43,789 nucleotides of DNA, taken from Acidimicrobiia bacterium. Its GTDB lineage: Bacteria > Actinomycetota > Acidimicrobiia > Acidimicrobiales > CAIXPF01. Position 1 is the first letter of the stretch; each line of letters starts with the position of its first letter. The stretch spans positions 1 through 43,789 of the forward strand of contig JANPEN010000048.1 in NCBI GenBank assembly GCA_031422955.1, in the 5' to 3' direction. Below, one piece after another: positions 35,476 through 43,789 of the stretch. Below the pieces are notes generated by a model. That model saw only the letters and a program-made list of their open reading frames with translations. It was not told the DNA's origin and did no database searches. The translations under genes and the position numbers were made by a program.

Positions 35476-36456
35476 ATGGACGTCCAAGGCCTGGCTTATC
35501 TCGTGGCCGACGCCGCCGATCTCGACGCGTGGGCCAACTTCGCCGATCATCTTTTGGGTGTGCAACGGGTGCCGACGGAGGGCGGGATGGCCCTGCGGTT
35601 GGACGAGCGCGCCGTGCGGATCCTGGTGCTGCGGACCGAGGCCGACGCGGCCGGCGCCACCGTGGCCGGCTGGGAGGTCCCCGATCGGGCCAAGGCCGAG
35701 GCGCTGGTGCAACGCTCGGGGCGGCCGGCCCTGTTGGGCACCCCCACCGAGGCGGCGGCTCGAGGGGTTGGCGGGTTCCTACGGCTGACGGATCCGGCCG
35801 GCCAGCCGGTGGAGCTGTGCTGGGCGCCGGTGCTAGCCGACACCGCTTTCGTGGGAGCTCGGCCTCACGGCGGGTTCCGTACCGGGGACCTGGGCCTGGG
35901 TCACGTGGTGTGGTCCATGGCCGATTTGGATCCGGCGATGACCTTCTATCGAGATATTCTCGGCTTCCGTCCCAGTGACTACGCCACCGTACCTGGGCGT
36001 ATGTTCTTCTTCCACACCAACCCGCGCCACCACTGCTTGGCCCTGGGCGAGTTAGGCTTTTCCGGTTTGCATCATCTCATGATCGAGGTGGTCGACTTCG
36101 ATGATCTGGGTCGGGCTTACGACGCGGCGCTGGAAAGCGACTGGCCCATCATCACCAAGCTGGGGCGTCACTCCAACGATCATGTGACCTCGTTCTACGT
36201 GCGCACCCCCTCGGGCTGGGCCATCGAGGTGGGCTGGGGCGGGTTGCTGATCGTGGACGAGGACAGCTGGCAGGTACGCGAGCTGCTGGAAGGGCCCAGC
36301 CTGTGGGGCCACGAGCGCACCTGGGTGGGCCCGGAGATGCAGGTCAAACAGCGCACGTTGCGACACGAAGCGGCCAAGCAGAACCTACGGGCCCCCCTGC
36401 ACGTGGCTGCCGGCGCCGCGCTCGACATCGAAGGAATCCCGATTGCCGGGGGCTGA
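35476..36456 (+). CDS. Type I extradiol ring-cleavage dioxygenase (two-domain VOC; BphC/HsaC-like)
   Basis: Two VOC modules. GLGHVVW, FHTNPRHHCLAL, GLHHLMIEV and LGRHSNDHVTSFYVRTPSGWAIEVG give metal-ligand His/His/Glu spacing. Confidence 0.88.
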   Translation: MDVQGLAYLVADAADLDAWANFADHLLGVQRVPTEGGMALRLDERAVRILVLRTEADAAGATVAGWEVPDRAKAEALVQRSGRPALLGTPTEAAARGVGGFLRLTDPAGQPVELCWAPVLADTAFVGARPHGGFRTGDLGLGHVVWSMADLDPAMTFYRDILGFRPSDYATVPGRMFFFHTNPRHHCLALGELGFSGLHHLMIEVVDFDDLGRAYDAALESDWPIITKLGRHSNDHVTSFYVRTPSGWAIEVGWGGLLIVDEDSWQVRELLEGPSLWGHERTWVGPEMQVKQRTLRHEAAKQNLRAPLHVAAGAALDIEGIPIAGG

Positions 36457-36540
36457 CCCCGCCGCTTCGCCACCCTCGGCCACAACAACGACTGGAGCAT
36501 TGGTGCCATCAGGAACACCGTCACCGGGGGCTGACCCCGC
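36446..36540 (+). repeat. 17-nt exact direct repeat pair
   Basis: CCGGGGGCTGACCCCGC at 36446-36462 (spanning the dioxygenase stop) and at 36524-36540. Confidence 0.9.
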
Positions 36541-36598
36541 TGTACCCGCAACCCCCGCTCTACCCGCCAGCCCCGCTGTGTCCGGCAACCCGGAACGC

Positions 36599-37771
36599 AT
36601 GCTGGAAGGCATCCGGGTACTGGATTTCACCCAGTATCTGGCCGGGCCGTCCTGCACTCGACTGCTGGCTGAGTTGGGTGCCGACGTCATCAAGGTGGAG
36701 TTAGGTCCCGACGGTGACCCCACCCGCCATATCAACCCCAAGCGGGGCGGGGTGTCGGGGTTGTTCATGCAACAGAACCGGGGCAAGCGCAGCATCTGCT
36801 TGGATCTGCGCCAGCCCGAAGCGGTGGCGGCGGTCAAGCGCATGGTGCGAGACATCGACCTGGTGGTGGAGAACTCCACCCCTGGGGTGATGGCTCGGCG
36901 GGGCCTGGGCTACGACGTGCTGGCCGGCATTAATCCCCGCCTCATCATGGCTTCGGTCAGCGGCTTCGGACAGACCGGTCGGTATGCTGGTCGGTCCTGT
37001 TTCGATTTCATCGCCCAGGGCATGGCCGGTCTCATGCATCTGACCGGGGACCCCGACGGGCCGCCTTTCTTCGTGGGGGCGGGCCTGGGTGACACCAACG
37101 CCGGCGTCCACGCCTTTGCCGGGGTTGGCTTCGCCCTCTACCAGCGCGAACGCACCGGACGCGGCGCCCACATCGATGTCTCCATGGTCGAGGCGCTGTT
37201 CCACATGCAGGAGAACGCGGTTAGCGCGGCCTCCATCAGCGAGGGGGCCTACGTGGCCATCCGGCAGGGCCGCCACTATCAACCGACCTCCCCGGCCGGC
37301 ACCTTCAAAGGCCCCCAGGGTTGGATCGTGGTGTTGTGCATGCCCAACCAGATCGCGGGATTGTGGGCGGCCCTCGGCCGGACCGACCTGGCCACCGACG
37401 CCCGCTTTTCCGGTTACGACGAGCGCATCACCCACCGAGGCGAGCTGACCGAGATCATCGAGGCGTGGATGGCCACCTTCGCCACTGACGCCGAGGTGCT
37501 GGCCGTGCTGGAAGCCCATCGGGTTCCATCCGGCCCGGTGCTGAGCCCCGCCGATGCCATCACCCATCCCTGGTTCGTGGAACAGGGCGCGGTGCGCGAG
37601 ATCCATGATGTCGACGGGGGCACCTTCATGGCCCCCGGCTTCCCGTTGCGTTTCGACGGTATGCACCCCCAACGGGATCTGCGCCCCGCCCGTTTCGGTC
37701 AACACACCCGTGAAGTGCTTGCCTCCTTCGGCTTCGAAGAGGACGAGATCGACACGCTGACGGCCAACTGA
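36599..37771 (+). CDS. Family III CoA-transferase (CaiB/BaiF)
   Basis: MLEGIRVLDFTQYLAGPSCTRLLAELGADVIKVE. The catalytic-Asp segment is RSCFDFIAQGMAG. The track ORF starts at 36443 with a 52-aa Pro/Ala/Thr-rich extension overlapping the dioxygenase. ATG 36599 is preferred. Confidence 0.88.
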   Translation: MLEGIRVLDFTQYLAGPSCTRLLAELGADVIKVELGPDGDPTRHINPKRGGVSGLFMQQNRGKRSICLDLRQPEAVAAVKRMVRDIDLVVENSTPGVMARRGLGYDVLAGINPRLIMASVSGFGQTGRYAGRSCFDFIAQGMAGLMHLTGDPDGPPFFVGAGLGDTNAGVHAFAGVGFALYQRERTGRGAHIDVSMVEALFHMQENAVSAASISEGAYVAIRQGRHYQPTSPAGTFKGPQGWIVVLCMPNQIAGLWAALGRTDLATDARFSGYDERITHRGELTEIIEAWMATFATDAEVLAVLEAHRVPSGPVLSPADAITHPWFVEQGAVREIHDVDGGTFMAPGFPLRFDGMHPQRDLRPARFGQHTREVLASFGFEEDEIDTLTAN

Positions 37772-37871
37772 GCAGGCTGGTCCGGCGCGACCCCTGTCAT
37801 TGGCGCGATGCTGTCGGGGCGCTTGCTGTCGGGGCGTTTGCTGGTTGCATCGAGACCTTGAGGAGGCTGTC

Positions 37872-38339
37872 GTGGGGTTTGTGCACATCGATCACGTGGG
37901 GCTGGTGGTCGCCACCATCGAACAAGCCCGCCAGGTGCTGGGCGACGCCCTCGGGCTCGACCTGGACGAGGCCCGTTCCAACTGGCCCGACGGCAGCTAC
38001 TTCCCGCCAGAGCAGACCTTCAACTACTTCTTTCAGGTGGGCAACGGGGAGACCCAGGTGGAGGTGCTCATCCCCGAGGCCGGCGCCACCAGCGGGGCCG
38101 CCCGCTTTCTGGAGCGGCGCGGTCCTGGTCTTCACCACATCTGCTACGCCTGCACCGACGTGCACGCCGAGGCCGAGCGCTTACTGGGCCAGGGGTTGAG
38201 CGAGATTGCCATACCGCGAGGTACCGACAATCGGCGCACGGTGGCGTTCTTCCATCCCCGCACTACCGGCGGGGTGCTCACCGAGTTGGTACCGGTGCGC
38301 ACCTCGCTTTCGGACACCGTGCCCGTCGTGCACCGCTGA
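37872..38339 (+). CDS. VOC-family protein, methylmalonyl-CoA epimerase-like
   Basis: GTG 37872 follows GAGGAGG. FVHIDHVGLVV and GPGLHHICYAC...GGVLTELV are typical of epimerase-type VOC proteins. Confidence 0.7.
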   Translation: MGFVHIDHVGLVVATIEQARQVLGDALGLDLDEARSNWPDGSYFPPEQTFNYFFQVGNGETQVEVLIPEAGATSGAARFLERRGPGLHHICYACTDVHAEAERLLGQGLSEIAIPRGTDNRRTVAFFHPRTTGGVLTELVPVRTSLSDTVPVVHR

Positions 38340-38351
38340 GGAGCCAGGCTT

Positions 38352-38398
38352 ATCGGGTGTCTTCCCAGACCCGTGTCATCGGGTGTCTTCCCAGACCC
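38352..38398. repeat. 21-nt exact direct repeat duplicating the NUDIX gene 3' end
   Basis: ATCGGGTGTCTTCCCAGACCC at 38352-38372 and 38378-38398. On the minus strand each copy reads ..VWEDTR followed by a stop (TGA, then TAA). Confidence 0.9.
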
Positions 38399-39056
38399 AC
38401 TGGGGCTTGCCCATGACTAGGCGACGTCGGGGACCTGGTTGTTGGCAATCGCCGCTGTCGTAGCCGGCGTCTCCGGCGTAGAGACAGACCCGAGCGCCGG
38501 TAGCGTTGCGGGCGATGCGGGTGGCGAAGAACTCTGGTGACTCCCAAGCCAAGGCGGCGGCCACGTTCTCGCAGCCGGCTAGGCCTTCCAGGGTCACAAA
38601 GGTGGGGGTGACCAGCTCGATCTCGCCGCCGTGATGGCTGGCCAAGGCGTCGGCGGGGCGCATCCAACGATGGTCGTGGACCTCGTCTTGATCAATGGCA
38701 ACCAGCCCGGCCGGGGCCGCCGCGGCGAAGAACCAGGTGGAAAAGCGCACGGGGGCGTCGGCCGGGGGCAGCCAATGACTGATCCATACCAAGGAGTCTT
38801 CCTCCAGCTGCAAGCCGACCTCCTCCATCGTCTCGCGGGCAGCGGCTCGGCGGGCGGCCGGCAGCGGGTCCTCGCCGGTACCGTCGGGTACGTCCTCGGC
38901 TTCGATTCTCCCGCCGGGAAAGGCCCACAAGCCGCCGAAGGCGGTTTTGGAGCTGCGATGGATCATGAGCACTTCGACGCCACCGGGCCCGTCTCGCAGC
39001 AACAGCACCGTGGAGGCCGGGTGCGCCGGCAGGGGGCTGTTGGGATGGTCGATCAC
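38376..39056 (-). CDS. NUDIX hydrolase
   Basis: STVLLLRDGPGGVEVLMIHRS...GLWAFPGGRIE...RETMEEVGL (REUxEExGU part of the Nudix box, with an insertion upstream). Start tentatively GTG 39056. The track ORF extends to 39845, antisense to the neighbouring gene. Confidence 0.7.
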   Translation of the reverse strand: MIDHPNSPLPAHPASTVLLLRDGPGGVEVLMIHRSSKTAFGGLWAFPGGRIEAEDVPDGTGEDPLPAARRAAARETMEEVGLQLEEDSLVWISHWLPPADAPVRFSTWFFAAAAPAGLVAIDQDEVHDHRWMRPADALASHHGGEIELVTPTFVTLEGLAGCENVAAALAWESPEFFATRIARNATGARVCLYAGDAGYDSGDCQQPGPRRRLVMGKPQWVWEDTR

Positions 39057-39230
39057 GTGCAGGGCCACGAGCGAGGACCCTACTGCCCCGGCGCGGGGCC
39101 CCGGCGCGGCCGGCTCGCCTACAGTCAGCCACCGGGACCCGAGCGGCGTCGTGGTGGGCGCATCGAGGAAAGCAGGAACGTTGTGGGCGCAGGAGGAGAG
39201 CAGGAACCACGCAGCCAGCCCCATTCGTTG

Positions 39231-40352
39231 GTGGTTGCGGCCAAGGCGTTGCAACCACTGGTGCGCGAGCAGGCCGCGCTCGCCCAGGAACAGCGTCATG
39301 TTCCCGAAGCAATGGTGGCGGCCATGGCCAACGCGGGCCTCTACCGGGTGGCCGCTCCGGCCTGTTTCGGGGGCGCGGAGACCGATCCGATCACCGCCAT
39401 TGAGGTGATCGAGACCATCAGTGAGGCCGACGGTTCCATTGGGTGGGTGCTGATGATCGGCATCGAAACGGTCGGCATCGGCGGCTCGTTGATGGATCCG
39501 GCCATGGCCGCTGGGCTTTTCGCGGCCCATCCCGACCTGGTCATGTGTGGGGCGCTCAACCCGCAAGGGCGGGCCGAGCGGGTGGCGGGGGGCTGGAAGG
39601 TCAGCGGGCAGTGGCCCTTCGCCTCCGGCTGCCACCATGCCAGCTTCTTCTGGGGCCAGTGCAAGGTGGTGGGCAGCGACCCGCTGCGCCTCATCGAGGT
39701 GCTGGTGCCCCGCGAGCAGTACGAGATTCTCGACACCTGGCACGTGAACGGTTTGCGGGGAACGGGCAGCCACGATGTGTCCGTGCGAGAGCTGTTCGTG
39801 CCCGACGCCATGATCACCGAGGTGGCCGGCTCCAAGCCCCACCATGACGGTCCGCTCTATCGTTTACCCCCTTTCTCCCGGTTGGCCTACAACAAGGTGG
39901 GCGTCTCCACCGGTATCGCTCGGGCGGCGCTGGACGCCTTCGTGGTCCTAGCCGAACACAAACAGCCCCGGCTGTCGTCGCGGGCGTTACGGGAGCGGCC
40001 CAGGGTCCAGCTCAACTACGCTCTGGCCGAGGCCGCCCTCCGCAGCGCCAGGGCCTTCGTGATCGATGCGGTCATGGACGAATGGGACACGGTGTGCGCC
40101 GGCGGTGTGGCCAGCCGCCGGCAGCGGGCGCTGGTGCGACTGGCCTGTTCGCAGGCCTGCCAAGAGGCCATCCGAGCCGTCGAGTTGGTCCACCAGGCCG
40201 CCGGCACCAGCGCCAACCAAGAAGCCTCACCCATCGGCAAGGCCCGCCGTGACGTGGCCGTGGTGGCCCAACAGCTCATGGTCGCTCCTCAGTTCATTGA
40301 GGACGCCGGGCGGGTGCTGCTTGGCTTGGATCCCCTGGAACCGATCCTCTAA
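39231..40352 (+). CDS. Acyl-CoA-dehydrogenase-fold flavin-dependent monooxygenase (HsaA / group D-like)
   Basis: GGWKVSGQWPFASGCHHASF and VPREQYEILDTWHVNGLRGTGSHDVSVRELFVP closely parallel HsaA-type hydroxylases. Start is GTG 39231 or TTG 39228. The track ORF is extended to 38631. Confidence 0.8.
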   Translation: MVAAKALQPLVREQAALAQEQRHVPEAMVAAMANAGLYRVAAPACFGGAETDPITAIEVIETISEADGSIGWVLMIGIETVGIGGSLMDPAMAAGLFAAHPDLVMCGALNPQGRAERVAGGWKVSGQWPFASGCHHASFFWGQCKVVGSDPLRLIEVLVPREQYEILDTWHVNGLRGTGSHDVSVRELFVPDAMITEVAGSKPHHDGPLYRLPPFSRLAYNKVGVSTGIARAALDAFVVLAEHKQPRLSSRALRERPRVQLNYALAEAALRSARAFVIDAVMDEWDTVCAGGVASRRQRALVRLACSQACQEAIRAVELVHQAAGTSANQEASPIGKARRDVAVVAQQLMVAPQFIEDAGRVLLGLDPLEPIL

Positions 40353-40365
40353 CGACCGCACCACG

Positions 40366-40401
40366 CCGTACCGTACCGACGGTCCATACGGTACGGTACG
40401 G
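40366..40401. terminator. Perfect 13-bp inverted repeat built from CCGTA/TACGG pentamers
   Basis: CCGTACCGTACCG (40366-40378) / CGGTACGGTACGG (40389-40401) with a 10-nt loop. It starts 14 nt after the monooxygenase stop and lies about 110 nt upstream of the next gene. No U-tract follows. Confidence 0.5.
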
Positions 40402-40510
40402 TACATTCACCCCGCAAGCCCGCCGATCGTTTCGTGCACTGGAACGGCTGGTAGACGGGCCCGGCAGAACCGCAGGGACGAAGCCAGGTGGTTGTGGGAG
40501 GCTACCGGCC

Positions 40511-41290
40511 ATGTGGTTACGTCTGCGCCAGATCGCCATCGTCGCTCAGGACTTGCGCACCGCCGCGCTGGATCTGGGCACCGTGTTGGGCTTGGAAGCC
40601 TGTTTCACCGATCCCAGCGTCAAGCTGTTCGGGTTGAAGAACACCCTGTGGCCGGTGGGCTCGCAGTTCCTCGAGGTGGTCACCCCCACCAGGCAGGACA
40701 CCGCCGGGGGCCGTTACCGTCAACGCCGGGGTGGCGACAGCGGCTACATGGTGATTACCCAGTGCGACGATGTGGCCCGCCGCAAGGCCAGGGCCGCAGA
40801 GCTGGGTATCCGCATCGCTTTCGACTTGGACTTCCCCGACGAAGGTCACGCCGGCATCCAGCTGCATCCCGCCGACACCGGGGGTTCCTTCTTCGAGATG
40901 GACCAAATGCTCATGGCGCACGGTGAGGACTTGGATGGCCCGTGGACGCCGGCGGGCACCAACTGGAAACCCTACGTACGCACCGATGTGGTGTCCGCCA
41001 TCTGTGGCGCCGAGCTGCAAAGCCCCGAACCGGAGGCGTTGGCCCAACGCTGGGCGGCTATGGCCGAGATCGATCTGAGCCGTGACGACGCTGGCCACCC
41101 CACCATCGCCCTCGACAACGCCACCTTGCGGTTCGTGGAGGCCACCGACGGCCGGGGCGAAGGCCTGGGTGGTATCGACGTGGTCACCGTGGATCGTGAG
41201 GCGGTGCTGGCCGGCGCCAGGGCTCGAGGGTGTGCCGTCGAGCAGGACCATGTCGTGCTGGTCGGCCTCCGGGTGTACCTGCGCGGCTGA
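40511..41290 (+). CDS. VOC / glyoxalase-like domain protein
   Basis: 259 aa. ATG follows GGGAGG. LRQIAIVAQDL...FLEVVTP and FFEMDQM segments resemble glyoxalase-like domain proteins. Confidence 0.55.
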   Translation: MWLRLRQIAIVAQDLRTAALDLGTVLGLEACFTDPSVKLFGLKNTLWPVGSQFLEVVTPTRQDTAGGRYRQRRGGDSGYMVITQCDDVARRKARAAELGIRIAFDLDFPDEGHAGIQLHPADTGGSFFEMDQMLMAHGEDLDGPWTPAGTNWKPYVRTDVVSAICGAELQSPEPEALAQRWAAMAEIDLSRDDAGHPTIALDNATLRFVEATDGRGEGLGGIDVVTVDREAVLAGARARGCAVEQDHVVLVGLRVYLRG

Positions 41291-41404
41291 GCGGATGGGT
41301 CCGGCCGGGTTGCGGGCTGCCAGCTCGAATTGACGCTGGGTGACAGCCCTTGGTCACGCTGAGCGCCGCGAATCCCCTAGGCTCGGGACCCGAGGATATG
41401 GTCG

Positions 41405-42559
41405 ATGCGCCGTCAGAGGTATACCCAGGAACTCCAGGAGCAGGGCTGTTCGCCCGCACCGGGGGCAGAACCGACCGTGCGTCGTCGAGGACCTTCGATG
41501 ATCGATGGCGCGATGCAGGGCGATCCGGTGCCGGTTGGCTACGGGGACGTTGCCTGCAGGGCCGTCACCGAGGTTTCGGTAATCGTGCCGATCCACAACG
41601 CGGCCAACACCGTTGAGGAACAGGTTCGGGCCCTGCTGGATCAACGCACCGCCCGGTCCTACGAGATCATCATGGTGGACGACGCGTCCAACGACGCGAC
41701 GGGGGCGCTGCTGCGTCGTTGGGCTGGCCTTGATGAGCGGATCAGGATCGTGAATGCTCCCGGGGTTGGTGCCTATGCTGCCCGCAACATCGGTGCCGCG
41801 GTAGCCAGCGGCCGGCACCTGCTGTTCTGTGATGCGGACGATGTGGTGGGCCGGCGGTGGCTCGAAGCGCAGGCCACTGCCCTGCAGACCTGGCCGCTGG
41901 TGGGCGGCCGGTTGGATCTGACCCGTCTCAACGGCGTCACTCAGCAGCGCTGGCGCAAGGGCATGGACGAGTCCGACGCTCCGGTCCACGCCAACTTCTT
42001 GGCCTACGCCTGCACCGCCAACCTCGGGGTCCGCCGTGAGGTGTTCGACGAGGTGGGCGGGTTCGACGGATTGGCCCGTCACGGCGAAGACGTTGGCTTC
42101 TGTTGGCGGGTGCAGTGCCGCGGTCACACGCTGGGGTGGGCCAATGCGGCGGTCGTGCACTACCGGACTCGCTCCACCCTGCTCGCTCATCTCGTGCAGC
42201 ATTTCCGGTACGGGCGAAGCGTGGTGGAACAGCCCAGAGCCTTCGCCGACCAGGGGGCGCAGACCCCCACGCTGGCCAACAATGTGCTGGTCTGCGCGCT
42301 TATGCTGGGCCGGGCGGCGGCGGGGGCGCTCGCGGGGGACCGGGGCCGCTTCGGGCGCCACCTCGGTTACGCGGTGGCCAATCTCGGCGCCATTCACCAT
42401 CGCTTGCGTCCCGCCCCGGCGGCTATGGTGCGACGCGGTGTCGAGTGGCCTTCGCCGGCTCACGAGCTTTGGAGCTTGGTGCCCGACCTCGGCCAAGAAC
42501 TACGGCGTCGGCTGCACCGAGCCGTCCCAGCCGGTCTGGTCGCCCGCCGCCGTCGGTAA
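41405..42559 (+). CDS. Family 2 glycosyltransferase
   Basis: VSVIVPIHNAANTV, IIMVDDASND and the FCDADDVV (DxD) motif. The alternative start ATG 41498 is at least as likely as 41405. Confidence 0.85.
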   Translation: MRRQRYTQELQEQGCSPAPGAEPTVRRRGPSMIDGAMQGDPVPVGYGDVACRAVTEVSVIVPIHNAANTVEEQVRALLDQRTARSYEIIMVDDASNDATGALLRRWAGLDERIRIVNAPGVGAYAARNIGAAVASGRHLLFCDADDVVGRRWLEAQATALQTWPLVGGRLDLTRLNGVTQQRWRKGMDESDAPVHANFLAYACTANLGVRREVFDEVGGFDGLARHGEDVGFCWRVQCRGHTLGWANAAVVHYRTRSTLLAHLVQHFRYGRSVVEQPRAFADQGAQTPTLANNVLVCALMLGRAAAGALAGDRGRFGRHLGYAVANLGAIHHRLRPAPAAMVRRGVEWPSPAHELWSLVPDLGQELRRRLHRAVPAGLVARRRR

Positions 42560-42651
42560 CGGACACCTTCGCTCCCGGGTTGGGCTTGGTGGGCTTGTCT
42601 CCCGAACGCTAGCCAGTTGTTAGGTTGGCGCTACGTGAGCAGGGAGACGAC

Positions 42652-43789
42652 ATGCTGTCCGACTACCGGGTGCTAGATCTGACCGATGAGCGAGGCCATC
42701 TGGCCGGCTTCATCCTTGGTCAACTGGGGGCGGAGGTCATTGCCATCGAACCGCCAGGGGGATCTTCGGCCCGCCGGCTTGGTCCCTTCGCCGGTGACGT
42801 GGAAGATCCCGAACGTTCCTTGGCCCATTGGGCCTACAACCGGGGCAAGAAAAGTGTGGTGCTCGACCTCGACGCAGAAGCGGATCGGGAACGCTTACGG
42901 GGCTTGGTGCGGGGGGCCGACGTGCTCATCGAGTCTGCCGAACCGGGTGGTATGCAGGCGCGGGGGTTAGGGATAGCGGCCCTGGCCGAGCTGAACCCTG
43001 CTCTCATCCACGTGTCTATTACCGCCTTCGGCAGCGACGGTCCCAAGGCCAACTGGGCCGTCACCGATCTCGTCATCCAGGCCTCGGCGGGCAACATGGT
43101 CCTCAACGGTGACAAGGACCGGGCGCCGGTACGCGCCGGCGGCACCCTGCCGCAGGCCTACCACAACGCGGCCTCGGAGGCGGCGGGGGCCACCCTCATC
43201 GCGCTGTTCGAGCGCCAGAACCGCTCGGGTCTTGGCCAACACATCGACATGTCAGCCCAGCAATCGATGAGCCAGTCGGCCCAGTCGATGCTGTTGGCTA
43301 CCCCGCTCAACGCCAGGCCCACCACCCGCATCGCCGGCGGGGCCAACCTCGGCGGCATCGACATCCAGCTGATGTGGCCCTGCAAGGACGGGTTCGCCTC
43401 CGTGACGTTGCTCTTCGGCTCTGGTTTCGCCCGTTTCACCGAACGGCTGATGGCTTGGGTGTGTGAGGAGGGCTTCTGCGACGAGGCCACCCGGGACAAG
43501 GACTGGACCTTCTACGCCATGATGCTGCTCGACGGCAGGGAGCCGGTCGAGGAGTACACCAGGGTCAAGCAGTGCCTGACCGACTTCTTCGCCACCAAGA
43601 CCAAAGCCGAGTTGCTCGACGCTGCCCTCAGCCGGCGGGTGCTGATCACCCCGGTGTGGACCACGGCTGAGGTGCTGGCGAGCGAGCAACTGGCTTTTCG
43701 CCACTACTGGGACGAGGTTGACCACGGCGATGTGGGTACCGTGCGCTATCCGGGCCCTTTCGCCAAGTTCAGCGCCACCCCGCTGGCCA
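42652..43789 (+). CDS. Family III CoA-transferase (CaiB/BaiF), 3' end beyond the window
   Basis: Absent from the track because no stop lies in the window. ATG 42652 follows AGGGAGA. Translation is MLSDYRVLDLTDERGHLAGFILGQLGAEVIAIEPPGG...ITAFGSDGP...VTDLVIQASAGN. Confidence 0.88.
   Translation, partial: MLSDYRVLDLTDERGHLAGFILGQLGAEVIAIEPPGGSSARRLGPFAGDVEDPERSLAHWAYNRGKKSVVLDLDAEADRERLRGLVRGADVLIESAEPGGMQARGLGIAALAELNPALIHVSITAFGSDGPKANWAVTDLVIQASAGNMVLNGDKDRAPVRAGGTLPQAYHNAASEAAGATLIALFERQNRSGLGQHIDMSAQQSMSQSAQSMLLATPLNARPTTRIAGGANLGGIDIQLMWPCKDGFASVTLLFGSGFARFTERLMAWVCEEGFCDEATRDKDWTFYAMMLLDGREPVEEYTRVKQCLTDFFATKTKAELLDAALSRRVLITPVWTTAEVLASEQLAFRHYWDEVDHGDVGTVRYPGPFAKFSATPLA

Overview
GC-rich bacterial chromosomal segment. 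Codon third positions are almost always G/C, GTG/TTG starts are common, and most real genes carry a long antisense 'shadow' ORF. The gene content looks actinobacterial (F420-type LLM oxidoreductase, GPGG small membrane protein), but that is inference. I call 43 protein-coding genes. I see no rRNA or tRNA, no CRISPR array, no transposase or integrase, and no recognisable transcription factor. The window is essentially one large CoA-thioester catabolic supercluster. Its parts: four family III (CaiB/BaiF) CoA-transferase genes carrying five domains, one gene being a tandem double-domain fusion; an alpha/beta-type acyl-CoA dehydrogenase pair; a crotonase; a Cys-less thiolase-like protein with a DUF35 zinc-ribbon partner; a methylmalonyl-CoA-epimerase-like VOC protein; an HpaB-type and an HsaA-type flavin monooxygenase with an extradiol dioxygenase; a coxMSL-ordered molybdenum hydroxylase followed by a MoaD/ThiS-like GG protein; an amidohydrolase_2 protein; a 2OG/Fe(II) oxygenase; three SDRs; an epoxide hydrolase; an LLM oxidoreductase; and an MFS / mini-ORF / amidase operon. 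The most unusual items are listed here. (1) A tightly coupled 5-gene operon (7454-11597) in which two paralogous APH-fold kinase + small helical partner modules (LvaA/LvaB-like) bracket an uncharacterised 398-aa protein. (2) A stand-alone gene (28576-29328) for a very acidic Asp/Asn/Ser/Thr-rich protein with 54-nt tandem repeats and no signal peptide. (3) A GatC/AtzG-like mini-ORF translationally coupled to the amidase. (4) The single-chain double CoA-transferase, whose second domain appears to lack the catalytic Asp. (5) Several exact short repeats and palindromes in intergenic DNA: a 14-nt motif present three times in a 335-nt convergent spacer, a GTACG-based 13-bp hairpin, a 21-nt duplication of a gene 3' end, and an (ACCGAG)7 microsatellite. 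All functional calls rest on motifs read by eye from the translations. No database search was run.
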